A stretch of DNA of 63,751 nucleotides, the filler included, from Lama guanicoe (lineage: Eukaryota), in assembly GCA_013239625.1 (NCBI GenBank). It is 146 parts of 146 records of this genome, joined end to end, with 100 filler letters (N's around TTAATTAATTAA, not from the genome) between each part and the next. Parts side by side here need not be neighbours in the genome. Positions count along the whole stretch, not along the records: positions 1 to 336 come from PNXV01056830.1; positions 437 to 772 come from PNXV01056831.1; positions 873 to 1,208 come from PNXV01056832.1; positions 1,309 to 1,644 come from PNXV01056833.1; positions 1,745 to 2,080 come from PNXV01056834.1; positions 2,181 to 2,516 come from PNXV01056835.1; positions 2,617 to 2,952 come from PNXV01056836.1; positions 3,053 to 3,388 come from PNXV01056837.1; 138 more parts are not named here. One strand, given 5' to 3'. Positions 1-11,686 of the stretch are shown in pieces (the stretch's first letter is position 1; each line of letters starts with the position of its first letter). The position numbers and the translations under genes are program-made. Below the pieces are notes generated by a model. It made no database searches and had not been told where the DNA came from. It saw nothing but the letters and a program-made list of their open reading frames with translations.

Positions 1-204
1 AAATCACCATAATTTTTCTCATGTTCCTTTGAACATCTTTCTATGTGGGTTTTTTTTTTTTTGAAGTGGGGCAGTGGAGAGGGGCTTTTTGTTTATTTTT
101 TGGTTTTTCCTGCTTTTCAACCCCTAAAGGAATCCTCCAATATACACATTTTCTTTATTTGGAGATACATACTTCCTTCTTCCACAATCTCATCTACTTT
201 CTAG

Positions 205-336
205 CCCAGTGCCTCTCAAACTTTAGTGCACGTGAAATCATCTGGAGAGTCTGCTAAAATGCATCTTAGTGATTCCGACTCAGTAGACCTGGGGGGTGGT
301 GTGGAGCTCGGGAAAGTGCATTTCTAATGTTCATCA
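205..336. mobile_element. MER5A-like hAT-Charlie DNA transposon relic
   Basis: cagtgcctctcaaacttt...aatcatctggagagtctgctaaaatgca...gattccgactcagtag...tgcatttctaa resembles the MER5A consensus. Confidence 0.65.
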
Positions 337-1744
337 NNNNNNNNNNNNNNNNNNNNNNNNNNNNNNNNNNNNNNNNNNNNTTAATTAATTAANNNNNNNN
401 NNNNNNNNNNNNNNNNNNNNNNNNNNNNNNNNNNNNCGTCAGCAAGAAGCATCACATCTACAAGGTACAGCGGACCAGTCAGTGGCACACAGGCCAGGTG
501 GCTGATCCAGGCAGCGGGCATGGTTGACTCTGAAGGGACGGCGTTCGGAAAACTGCTGGGGGAAGCAGGAAGGAAGTGGAGAACATGGGGGCCAGGCCGG
601 CTTTGGGGGAGATGATACTCTCATGATTTCCGGAGCCCAGAACTACAGCCCCCAGTTTAATTCGATTCCCACAGGGCAGCAGGGATTTTAATGAAGGTCA
701 TTGGCAAATAAGTGTTTGCAAAGAACAAGGTGTAAGTCTTACCCTGGGCCCAGAATTGTGTTCTTTTAGCCCNNNNNNNNNNNNNNNNNNNNNNNNNNNN
801 NNNNNNNNNNNNNNNNTTAATTAATTAANNNNNNNNNNNNNNNNNNNNNNNNNNNNNNNNNNNNNNNNNNNNTTTTCCCTACAGTCAGTAATTACAGAAT
901 AACATCTGTTGGTATCACTCTATTTTTGGTTCTCATCTCCAACAGGTACGCGATAGAATAGGATACAACCATGGGAAGTCTATGGTTGTAGAGGACAGTT
1001 TACAAAAGGTCCATGTATATGTGTGTGTCTGCACAAACATATGTGCATATTATTTACATATGTATGTATGTATGTACATTTATATGTAACATGCTTAAGC
1101 ACATCCACGTGAGAGGCAGACCCTGGATGTATCAAGTCTGGTTTGATGTCATTCGTAAGATGGCAGAAAAAACACTCCAAAGAGTGCTCTAAAGACTCAC
1201 CACTGCCCNNNNNNNNNNNNNNNNNNNNNNNNNNNNNNNNNNNNNNNNNNNNTTAATTAATTAANNNNNNNNNNNNNNNNNNNNNNNNNNNNNNNNNNNN
1301 NNNNNNNNTCCATCAAAGTCAACAGATTTTCAACTCTTAGCTTGAATAATTCTTAAACTTACCTTTATATTTTGGATAGTATGCTTATTTTGTCATTTTG
1401 TGATCTACCAAATTATCAAAGTATTTCTAGATCTCTTATTCTGGTAGGACTGGGCTCCCACAACCACCACACGGTTCTTGATTATATAACTATAGTTTAT
1501 ATACTGATTATATAAATATTGTTATAACTTTCCTTTGTTACCTGCTTAATGTGTAGCCCCATTTTTGATATGTATTACTTTAAATTTCATTTTAGTTTTT
1601 ATTTCCATTTGGATATCTTTGTTAAATAGTAGTTATTTAGGACTNNNNNNNNNNNNNNNNNNNNNNNNNNNNNNNNNNNNNNNNNNNNTTAATTAATTAA
1701 NNNNNNNNNNNNNNNNNNNNNNNNNNNNNNNNNNNNNNNNNNNN

Positions 1745-2080
1745 GTCTATGCCATGCTCTGCTTGTACTTCCTTCTGGATGGTGATTTTGACCATAGGGA
1801 TGCTTGGGCAAGAACCTGAGACTGATTTCCTTCAGAAAGGACCTCTGTAGCTCATTCTGGGAGCTGAGTAGGTTAAGTAACCAAGGAGCCCCCAGAGAAA
1901 CTAGCGCTGGTGGGTTGTCCTCGGCAGCCCCCTCCCCGCTTTCTCCTCTCTGTGATCCAGTGCTGTTTGCTTGTTGTCCTTTCCTTCCTCTGTATGGGGT
2001 GTATGATTTAAATGGCAACAGCCTAACCCTCACCCTAACCCCAAGTTTTCATTCCGACAGTAAACTAGGCAGCTACCCAG
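1745..2080. mobile_element. Probable ERV/LTR-derived fragment
   Basis: General resemblance to ERV1 LTR/leader sequence; no ORF support. Confidence 0.3.
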
Positions 2081-3327
2081 NNNNNNNNNNNNNNNNNNNN
2101 NNNNNNNNNNNNNNNNNNNNNNNNTTAATTAATTAANNNNNNNNNNNNNNNNNNNNNNNNNNNNNNNNNNNNNNNNNNNNGAGTGTTTGACCAGCGTCGT
2201 GCAATGTGTCCGTCACGGTGGTCGCGAAAGGGAGACCACCTTCCCCGTGTGTCACAGGAGAAGGGCGTGGCATGACACCACCACCCAGAGAGAGCGCTGA
2301 CAACGATGCCAGAAAGGTGGTCTTACTCACGCTGGGACTGAAGAGGAGAAATTGCAGCCTTTAGGGCACCCTGTATGCAGGGTTAGATTTATTCTGCCTT
2401 TATTTATTTAAGAAAAGTCCACTGAATTCCCGTCCTGACCCAGCCTAGGGGTTTGTGTCCCTAATTCCCTTGAGGGCTTTCTCTTGACTCAACCAACGAA
2501 CCTCCTGGACAGAGAANNNNNNNNNNNNNNNNNNNNNNNNNNNNNNNNNNNNNNNNNNNNTTAATTAATTAANNNNNNNNNNNNNNNNNNNNNNNNNNNN
2601 NNNNNNNNNNNNNNNNCAGAGAAGACAGAAATCCTGTAAGAATTAAATGAGGATGCGAAACTACTGAGTCCCTCCTCTTCACTAATTCTTTCATCTTTGT
2701 TTCATAAAAAAAGACGAGGAAAACATGCAAAGAAGAATCCCGGAAACAGTGGCAGAAGGAGGGCAAGAGCTGGATGAGGCTGAGAATTTCTCTCTTGATA
2801 CTGAGAACTGAGAACCTGTGTGCAGGGACCCCTGGGATTTGTGGGGACAATGACTGGCAAAAATGACTCCTACTAGTGTCAGAGATGGGAGACACCCAGA
2901 GCAGAATGAGACCAGAACTCTAAATTTGGAAAAGAACAATCATAATTTTTTTNNNNNNNNNNNNNNNNNNNNNNNNNNNNNNNNNNNNNNNNNNNNTTAA
3001 TTAATTAANNNNNNNNNNNNNNNNNNNNNNNNNNNNNNNNNNNNNNNNNNNNTATACTTCTTGCTTTCCCCAAATTTAGATAGTCTCATCTTGGACAGGT
3101 CAGAATTCAACCTGACTGTAGGGGACCTCTGTGCTGCCCCGTCCTCCCAGGGGTGCTGTCCTGCCAAATCTAGCTGTCTTGGCCTCCGCAAATGTTGATC
3201 TCTACCCCTCCACTCAGTGTAACTGCCGTCCTCTGAGTTTCCCCTTCTCTGTGCTGTGGCTTTGAAACTGCCTCCTGGCACTAAGTTCAGGCAGTCATCG
3301 GGCGTGCCTCGCTTGTTTCAGTGTTCT

Positions 3328-3388
3328 CGGGAATTAAGTTCTATGCTCAGTGGTAGAGCGTTTGCTTATTAGCATGCACGAGGTCCTG
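3328..3388 (+). mobile_element. 5' part of a tRNA-Ala-derived SINE (camelid Vic-1-like), cut by the contig end
   Basis: gctcagtggtagagcg (A box) ...ttagcatgcacgaggtcctg; the insertions disrupt a true tRNA cloverleaf. Confidence 0.7.
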
Positions 3389-3975
3389 NNNNNNNNNNNN
3401 NNNNNNNNNNNNNNNNNNNNNNNNNNNNNNNNTTAATTAATTAANNNNNNNNNNNNNNNNNNNNNNNNNNNNNNNNNNNNNNNNNNNNAGTTTACTTTGT
3501 TAAATTTACAGTTAATCATTTATCTACACATATACAATAAACATTGCTGAACTTTCTTAAAAAATATCAATAGTTTTATCTACTAGTTTTACTGGTTTTT
3601 CAGAATAAGCAAACTATCTGAAAATAATGGCATTTTAATTTCACCCTGATTTCATCGTTTTTCTTCCAATAACTTCATTTAAGTATTTATGTTTTCCTCA
3701 GGTACCCTTTTACCTGCTCTGGCCATGTTTTGATATATTGGACTCACTTAATTAGTTATGAATAGGTTGCAAATTCCATTTTTATTCATGGCGTAATGTG
3801 TTATGTAAAGGCATGTCTGTGAATNNNNNNNNNNNNNNNNNNNNNNNNNNNNNNNNNNNNNNNNNNNNTTAATTAATTAANNNNNNNNNNNNNNNNNNNN
3901 NNNNNNNNNNNNNNNNNNNNNNNNCTGTCATTCCTTGAGTGGCTGTGCCCTGTCCCTTTCCCTCCTGTCTCAAAA

Positions 3976-4260
3976 TGGAACAAGACCCTGTGGGGCCCTC
4001 TCAGGTACAAATCCTATCTATGTCCCCTGTTTATTGTTTGTAGGAAATAGGCTTCATTCCTCCTCTTTGACCTTCTCTGAGTTCTAAAGGGCAGATTCAA
4101 AGAATTGCTTATCAGGGGAGGGAGGGAACACAGAAAAAAAGGAGGAGGAGTCAAGAAACCCCAGTGCAGCTTTGGGGCAGGGTCCTGGCTCCTCCTCAAA
4201 CAATAGACTGGACAATATGAGTTATGAGTTCTTCTGTAGGAACTAAGACCCCCAGCCAGG
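3976..4260 (+). mobile_element. ERV1-type LTR fragment (5' part)
   Basis: Starts TG (tggaacaagaccctgtgggg); the body resembles laurasiatherian ERV1 LTRs. Confidence 0.5.
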
Positions 4261-4360
4261 NNNNNNNNNNNNNNNNNNNNNNNNNNNNNNNNNNNNNNNN
4301 NNNNTTAATTAATTAANNNNNNNNNNNNNNNNNNNNNNNNNNNNNNNNNNNNNNNNNNNN

Positions 4361-4696
4361 CGGGGGCGTGTCCTGGGGGAGCGGAAGGCGGGCCGAGGCG
4401 AGCCGCGCTCTCTCGTGCGGGATGTTGCGCGGCCGCGACGCCCGATGCCGCGGGGGCTGCGGTGCTCCGGGCTCCGCGCTGCGGGTAGCGTCTGCCGCGC
4501 ACCCACGCGGCTCCGGACAGTTCAGTGCAAAGTAGGCGTCGCCCCGTTCGCCGACCGGGCCCCGCTTGGATGTGGGAGCGGTGGGCCCTGGCGTTGCGTT
4601 TTCTCAACGGCGCCCGGGGCGTTGGCTCTCGTTGCCGCCCGCGGGCGGTGGGCAGGCGGGACCGAAGCGGGAACAATGGAGCTCCGGGCGCCGAGC
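4361..4696. promoter_or_regulatory. CpG island, probable promoter/first exon of an unidentified gene
   Basis: Very GC- and CpG-rich, GC-box-like motifs, possible donor tgcaaa|gtaggc near 4531. Confidence 0.7.
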
Positions 4697-4997
4697 NNNN
4701 NNNNNNNNNNNNNNNNNNNNNNNNNNNNNNNNNNNNNNNNTTAATTAATTAANNNNNNNNNNNNNNNNNNNNNNNNNNNNNNNNNNNNNNNNNNNNTGGG
4801 GCGCTCCTCCGGGCCCCTGGGGAGGAAGGGACAGGGTGGGGGCCCAGCGGCTCCTCGCCACCCTCCGGGGCCACCTGTCTGGCCGGCCACGTGGGACCTG
4901 AGCTCCAGGGAAATTGGCCCAGGCCGACACCAAGCCACGCCAGTCCCCGAGAGCCATGGGGAGGGCGGGCCTGGCGCCTGAAGCCTCTTCTCCGCAG

Positions 4998-5133
4998 GTG
5001 GAGCCGGCCAGGTACTACGAGGCCTGCGTGAGCGACGCCTGCGCCTGTGACTCTGGGGGCGACTGCGAGTGCTTCTGCACGGCCGTGGCCGCCTACGCCC
5101 GGGCCTGCCACGAAGCGGGCGTGTGCGTGTCCT
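4998..5133 (+). CDS. MUC5AC: Gel-forming mucin exon (VWF D3 assembly, C8 domain), 3' truncated
   Basis: Acceptor ctcttctccgcag, then VEPARYYEACVSDACACDSGGDCECFCTAVAAYARACHEAGVCVS; VEPARYY matches MUC5AC rather than MUC5B (VDSTKYY). Confidence 0.88.
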
Positions 5134-5670
5134 NNNNNNNNNNNNNNNNNNNNNNNNNNNNNNNNNNNNNNNNNNNNTTAATTAATTAANNNNNNNNNNN
5201 NNNNNNNNNNNNNNNNNNNNNNNNNNNNNNNNNTTTTTTTTTCCCCAAATATTTGTAGCATTGTGAGCAGCCAATCATTACAATAAATGGAGTGCAAAAT
5301 CCAGGATGAGATGATGAGCATATTGCTGAAGAGTGGAGGATGGATGACATGTCATACTAATGGAAGAGTCAATGTGTTAGTCCCTCATTCAACAAAGAGA
5401 AACAATTCTGACAATAATAGAGGGTTAAGTCTCTATTATCCTTAAATAGTCACTGATAAATCCTAAGCCAACTATACTGGTGGACATTTTGCAAGACACA
5501 GAAATGGGATTTTATAATACCATATACCTTTTATAAATTACCAGAAGGTCTTCCTTCTGTGGCATCGTCANNNNNNNNNNNNNNNNNNNNNNNNNNNNNN
5601 NNNNNNNNNNNNNNTTAATTAATTAANNNNNNNNNNNNNNNNNNNNNNNNNNNNNNNNNNNNNNNNNNNN

Positions 5671-6007
5671 ACCTGCCGCAAGCCCCGCCCCTCGGGGGGG
5701 CAGACGCGCCCCCCTCCCCCGACTCTGCGCAGGCGTCGTCCTCCCTCCTGCCCCGAGCGAGGCCACCCCGCCTGCTCGCCTCGTCCCCTGGGCCCGCGCA
5801 CCTGCTCACGGGCGGCTTCCTCCCCCACCAGAACTGAGGGCACGGTGCGAGTCGCTCCCGATGGGCTCCTGGGGGCCAGTGCAGGTGGCCCGGGGTGACC
5901 AGCGGGGACAATGGTTTAGTGATGAAGAGTCCAGGGTCCCTCCCAGAAGAGAACCACCGCATCTCAGAGGCCCGGCCAGGAGGCCGAACAAGATGCAGGC
6001 AATGCCC
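5671..6007. promoter_or_regulatory. CpG island edge / GC-box-rich promoter-like sequence
   Basis: gccccgcccc GC box at 5682 and dense CpG over about 5671-5860. Confidence 0.55.
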
Positions 6008-6107
6008 NNNNNNNNNNNNNNNNNNNNNNNNNNNNNNNNNNNNNNNNNNNNTTAATTAATTAANNNNNNNNNNNNNNNNNNNNNNNNNNNNNNNNNNNNN
6101 NNNNNNN

Positions 6108-6425
6108 AGAAAATAAAATTTTAAAACATTACTATCTATGATAGCACCAAAAATATGAAATACTTAGGGATAAACTTTGTGAAATATACGCAAGATATTT
6201 AACATACAAATGTGGAAAACTAACACTATGTGGAAAATGTAAAACAGTGCAAAGACAAAGAAAAGAAGACCTAAATAAATGGAAAAATATATCATGTTTA
6301 TGGATTATAATATTCAACATTAACATGTCAATTCTCACCAAAATGATCTATGGATTCTATGCAACCCCAAACAAAATCCAAGCAGGATTTTTTGCAAAAC
6401 TTGACAAGTAGATTTTAAAATGTAT
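6108..6425 (+). mobile_element. Old L1 ORF2 fragment (post-RT region)
   Basis: Degenerate KYLGIN...EDLNKWKNISCLWI...KMIYGF motifs. Confidence 0.85.
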
Positions 6426-6845
6426 TTAGGGGTGCAATCCCCCCNNNNNNNNNNNNNNNNNNNNNNNNNNNNNNNNNNNNNNNNNNNNTTAATTAATTAA
6501 NNNNNNNNNNNNNNNNNNNNNNNNNNNNNNNNNNNNNNNNNNNNAAAAAAAAAGAAAACTGAAAATTCTTTGACAATCCTCTCATTAATGGTTGGGATTT
6601 ATGTCTGACTGTCTTGATTCTGGACCTCTGTGACTACACAATCAATAAAATATGGCAGAAGTGATGCTGTTTCAATTTCAGAGCATCTTGCACTTCCAGT
6701 ATGCAGGTCTTTTAACTCTCGGAGTACTACTCACAACTTTAAAAAATGAACCAAGTGTCCCCATGGTGTCCTATCCATATTCCCGATAACACATTTATGG
6801 CCAAAATCAGTGTTTGCTGTTGCTTTAAGCCACCGCATGCTGGCT

Positions 6846-6880
<35 letters not shown>
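6846..6880 (+). repeat. (TTG)n microsatellite at the contig end, after an MLT1-like LTR tail
   Basis: ttgttgttg... directly visible. Confidence 0.9.
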
Positions 6881-7417
6881 NNNNNNNNNNNNNNNNNNNN
6901 NNNNNNNNNNNNNNNNNNNNNNNNTTAATTAATTAANNNNNNNNNNNNNNNNNNNNNNNNNNNNNNNNNNNNNNNNNNNNTCCCTTGGTCTGTACAAGGG
7001 GACAACACACTGTCTTCACCAGGGCTGCGCACACAGCTGGAGGTCAGTGTCATCCATAAACACAAAGGTCTGTGATTAGCAAGAACTGACCTGTGGGGCA
7101 GCCCTTAGCTGGACACCCCCTGGAAGGCTGGCCAGCCCGCTCTCACTTCATCACTCTGCCTAGCGGAAGGTGTGAGAGCCCCGAGTGGCCAGGTGGACGT
7201 GATGCTCTGCAAATCCTGGAGTCAGAGGGAGAGGAGCCATGAGGGGCCAGCCGTCTCAGGGGTCTGCTCCTGCCTGGGTGAAGCCAGGTGCATTTAAAGG
7301 GCCAAGCCCCTGGGGGGNNNNNNNNNNNNNNNNNNNNNNNNNNNNNNNNNNNNNNNNNNNNTTAATTAATTAANNNNNNNNNNNNNNNNNNNNNNNNNNN
7401 NNNNNNNNNNNNNNNNN

Positions 7418-7754
7418 TTTGGAAGGAGACAGTGTGCAGCTTGAATGGTGGCAGATAAATGTCTTGGAGAATAAGCAGGGCTTGGCATTATAGTCAGATG
7501 GCACAGGCTGGGAGCGAGTGGGCAGGGGGTCTGGGAAGGGACTCAGTAGAAAGAGGGGAGGGTAGGCAGAAAGGAAAGAGGAGAGAGAAGTAAGAAGGTA
7601 CCAAAATATTTTGGACTGAACCACAGCAAGAGAAATGGCCCGGATGCTGAGGGACATTGAGAGGGATGGGGTGATGTGGCCTTAAATCAAAGGGTGGAGC
7701 GAGGCTGGAGAGGGTGGAGGATGGTCACAGGCAGGCAAGTCTTCAGGGTGCTCA
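7418..7754 (-). mobile_element. L2 LINE fragment
   Basis: Purine-rich plus strand typical of antisense L2. Confidence 0.4.
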
Positions 7755-8293
7755 NNNNNNNNNNNNNNNNNNNNNNNNNNNNNNNNNNNNNNNNNNNNTT
7801 AATTAATTAANNNNNNNNNNNNNNNNNNNNNNNNNNNNNNNNNNNNNNNNNNNNATCCATCGGCCTCTCTGGGCTTCCTGCCTTCATCACCAGGAGGGCC
7901 CTGCCAGCAGCCCTGCCTAGGGCAGGTGGGAACCAAACACCACCCATCTGGGTAACTCAAAGACTGGTCAGGATCAGGGGTGGGTGTGATGGCAGCAGAT
8001 GTCCAAGGGACAGCCTGTGTCACAGGTCACGGGCACACACTGGCCAAGCTCTACCAGGTATAACCCCGGAGAGCCAGACTCTGGCCCACCTTGGAGACCC
8101 AATGGCAGGATGCTCCACTGCGGTCAGCCACAGCAGGGGGGTACTTTCCAGATCCCCCTTCCACTTTGTCCAAGACCCCACTGAGTCTGTGNNNNNNNNN
8201 NNNNNNNNNNNNNNNNNNNNNNNNNNNNNNNNNNNTTAATTAATTAANNNNNNNNNNNNNNNNNNNNNNNNNNNNNNNNNNNNNNNNNNNNGG

Positions 8294-8482
8294 GCGCCTG
8301 GGGGCGGCCGGAGCCTGACCCGCTTTACACGGGGAAGGGAGCCGGATGCGCGCAGCCGGAGCCGCCTAGCCCGCTTCTCACCGTACCCCGCGCCCGGGGC
8401 TAAGCTCGACCTCCTGCGAAGTGTGCTCCAGCAGCGTCTGGCGGCGCTCGGAGGCGTGATCGCAGCCCGTCTGGCGGCTTGA
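8294..8482 (+). CDS. C11orf71: C-terminal 62 codons of the C11orf71 orthologue, with stop and start of 3' UTR
   Basis: [62 protein letters not shown] resembles human ...[37 protein letters not shown]; CpGs retained; frame absent from the ORF track because there is no start codon. Confidence 0.8.
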   Translation, partial: APGGGRSLTRFTRGREPDARSRSRLARFSPYPAPGAKLDLLRSVLQQRLAALGGVIAARLAA

Positions 8483-8740
8483 AACGAACACCTCCCTCCG
8501 CTCCTCAATGCGCTTGTGAACAAGGCCTCTCTCAAATCCTTTCCTGGTGCTACTGAAGCCTTATTTTTAGAGGGACGTCTTTTCATTCTAATATAAAAAT
8601 ACGTAGGAGTCCTGTTACTCTAACTGAGNNNNNNNNNNNNNNNNNNNNNNNNNNNNNNNNNNNNNNNNNNNNTTAATTAATTAANNNNNNNNNNNNNNNN
8701 NNNNNNNNNNNNNNNNNNNNNNNNNNNNACACACACACAC

Positions 8741-9064
8741 ACAAAATACCTAGGAATAAATTTAACCAAGGAAGTGAAAGACCCGTATTTGGAAAACTAT
8801 AAGACAGTAATGAAAGAAACTGAAGATGACACAAACAGATGGAAAGATACACCGTACTCATGGATAGGAAGAATTAACATTGTTAAAATGACCATTACTA
8901 CTCAAGCAATCTACAGAATCAATGCAATCCCTGTCAAAATACCAGGGACATTTTTAAAAAGAACTAGAGCATATATTTCTAAAATTTGTATGGACCCACA
9001 AAAGACTTCAAATAGCCAAAGCAATCCTGAGAAAGAAGAACCAAGCTAGAGGTTTCATTTCAAA
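8741..9064 (+). mobile_element. L1 ORF2 fragment (after the RT domain)
   Basis: [49 protein letters not shown]...[14 protein letters not shown]. Confidence 0.95.
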
Positions 9065-9164
9065 NNNNNNNNNNNNNNNNNNNNNNNNNNNNNNNNNNNN
9101 NNNNNNNNTTAATTAATTAANNNNNNNNNNNNNNNNNNNNNNNNNNNNNNNNNNNNNNNNNNNN

Positions 9165-9501
9165 CAATACATCCAGCAGTGCCAAATCCATACACTCTTC
9201 TAGGCCTCATTCCAGCAGGCGCCAAATGGTTTACATGCCTAGACCTTAAAGACGCTTTCTTCTGTTTTTGACTCTTACCTGTGAGCCAGCCCATATTCGC
9301 ATTTGAATGGGAGAATCCCCACACAGGAGGGAAAACTCAACGGACATGGACATGTCTCCCCCAAGGCTTTAAAAACTCACCCACCCTGTTTGGAGAGGCA
9401 CTAGCCTCAGACCTTGTAAAGTTCCCTGGGGAGACTTTGAACTCTACTCTGTTCCAGTATGTGGATGACTTGCTGTTAGCCAGCCCCAGTGAAGAGGACT
9501 G
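9165..9501 (+). mobile_element. Class I (gamma-like) ERV pol reverse transcriptase fragment with a premature stop
   Basis: [11 protein letters not shown]...[39 protein letters not shown]; in-frame TGA at 9269-9271. Confidence 0.95.
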
Positions 9502-10912
9502 NNNNNNNNNNNNNNNNNNNNNNNNNNNNNNNNNNNNNNNNNNNNTTAATTAATTAANNNNNNNNNNNNNNNNNNNNNNNNNNNNNNNNNNNNNNNNNNN
9601 NAAGAGTCTGTCCACCTACTCTCCACTCTGTGCTCCATCCAAAATGTGAGGCTGCTCACTCCATCTGAGGAAGTCCCTGGGGGACGCAGGCGTTTCCTTG
9701 GGCGTGAGTGTCAGCGTGTGTTGGGAGCATTGTCTCCTATATGGGCATGTGTACCCTCTGCACAAGGGTATCGAGGTTAACTGGAACCCGCACGTGTTAT
9801 ACACAGCAATAAGTTTAAAGAGTGACCTCCTCTACTCTTCTAAATACTCTTTTTCTACTCTACTCCTCTAAAATTTCCCAAAGGCACTGCCGGATGACGG
9901 ATTATCCCCTCTAAATTCGATCTCACTTTTTTTTTTTTNNNNNNNNNNNNNNNNNNNNNNNNNNNNNNNNNNNNNNNNNNNNTTAATTAATTAANNNNNN
10001 NNNNNNNNNNNNNNNNNNNNNNNNNNNNNNNNNNNNNNTCTTTAGAAATGGCTTGTCGAAGCCTCTGTGTTGTGCAGTGATGTTTGAGCTCTGGAGACTG
10101 ACGTGTGAGCACAGGCCTTGTCTTTGAACGATGGTGATAACAGCTGTGGCCGTGATGGCAGTACAGTCTGCTCGCTGTCCCATCAGTTTCCCTGGAAGCA
10201 CCATCCACACCCTCGTGTGTAAGCAGTAGAGCTCATTATGGATTTTTACCTTACTTCCAGGCTGCTACTCATGGTGGATGATAAATTTTAAGTCTGACCC
10301 TTTATTTAAACTTCTTTTTCTGAGAAAGAGACTCAGCAGGCAGCTTTAACATATGTGCTGCTTCTGCTTGGTCTCNNNNNNNNNNNNNNNNNNNNNNNNN
10401 NNNNNNNNNNNNNNNNNNNTTAATTAATTAANNNNNNNNNNNNNNNNNNNNNNNNNNNNNNNNNNNNNNNNNNNNTTAATTATTTTCAAATGTGCTTTTA
10501 GGCTTGCCATCTGAGAGCTTTCTATTTGTCTTACTTCCAGATATTCCCAGTTTACCCCTTTTGCTCTCTTCTGCGTTGATTGACTTCTTATGATTCTATT
10601 TTACTCTGCTAATTTGGAAATTATATACCCCATTACTATTCTTTCAGTGGTTGCCTTTGAAATTATAACCTGCTAACTTGATTTATCAATGTATAATATT
10701 AAATATTGTTTTGACCCCCTCCTGCCTTCACTTACATTTTTATTGTTGATTTTTCCTTCTTTTACCTCTGAGCATTCTGGGTCTGCCCATGTTTAATTCT
10801 TTCAGGGTTTTTNNNNNNNNNNNNNNNNNNNNNNNNNNNNNNNNNNNNNNNNNNNNTTAATTAATTAANNNNNNNNNNNNNNNNNNNNNNNNNNNNNNNN
10901 NNNNNNNNNNNN

Positions 10913-11225
10913 CCCAACACCTCATCCCCTGATTTATTGGCCTGTTGTGTGGTGAGCAGAATGAGTTTGGACTCAGTAAAAAAAAAAAGAAAGGACAGCC
11001 ATACAGCTGGTCGCACTAAGAGGAGACTAACATAATGATTATGAGCACAGACTCTGGAAACAGATGACCTGCAATAAAGCCTCTCCCACTGTCCCAGCTG
11101 TGTGCTCTTAGACAATTTACTTAACCCATCTGAGCCTTGGTTTTCTTATTTATAAAATAACTCCCCATCTTGTGAAGTGGTTTTAAGGGCTGAATGAGAA
11201 AGTACATTAGATACTCAGTAAATGG
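10913..11225 (+). mobile_element. ERV1 LTR 3' end followed by a MIR SINE
   Basis: ...gagtttggactcagtaa resembles an LTR terminus; MIR core gctgtgtgctcttagacaatttacttaacccatctgagccttggttttcttatttataaaat. Confidence 0.6.
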
Positions 11226-11349
11226 AAGCCAGCAACAGCAGCAGCAGCANNNNNNNNNNNNNNNNNNNNNNNNNNNNNNNNNNNNNNNNNNNNTTAATTA
11301 ATTAANNNNNNNNNNNNNNNNNNNNNNNNNNNNNNNNNNNNNNNNNNNN

Positions 11350-11686
11350 TCTGAATGTTAATTTCTTATCAAATGTATGATTTGTAAACATTTTCTCCCA
11401 TCCTGTGAGTTTCCCTTTATTCTTTTGATATTGTCCTTTGATATGCATGAAAGTTTTAAGTTTTTGTAAAAACCAATTTATCTATTTTTTCATTTGTTTT
11501 CTACACACACCTTTAGTGTATATCCAAGAAATCATTGCCAAACCCAATAGAATGAAGAGTTTCCCCTACGTTTTCTTCTAAGAGATTTTGTTTAGCTTTT
11601 ACTTTAAGATCTTTGTTCTATTTTGAGTAAACTTTTGAATATGGAGGAAGGTAAGGGTATAACTTCATTCTTTTGCATGTGAATAT
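11350..11686 (-). mobile_element. L1 ORF2 fragment, antisense
   Basis: T-rich strand with ttttctcccatcctgtg, aagaaatcattgccaaacccaat and cttcattcttttgcatgtgaatat. Confidence 0.85.

Noticed and set aside
437..470. Possible exon end VSKKHHIYK|gtacag
   Set aside because: Too short, weak donor, no recognised protein
2022..2042. Telomere-like cctaaccctcaccctaacccc
   Set aside because: Only about three imperfect units; can arise by chance
3328..3388. Functional tRNA-Ala gene
   Set aside because: Insertions break the acceptor/D and anticodon arms, and the 3' half is missing; better explained as a SINE
5311..5411. C/D box snoRNA (ATGATGA ... CTGA), loosely SNORD115-like
   Set aside because: No terminal stem, and the similarity does not extend beyond the box motifs
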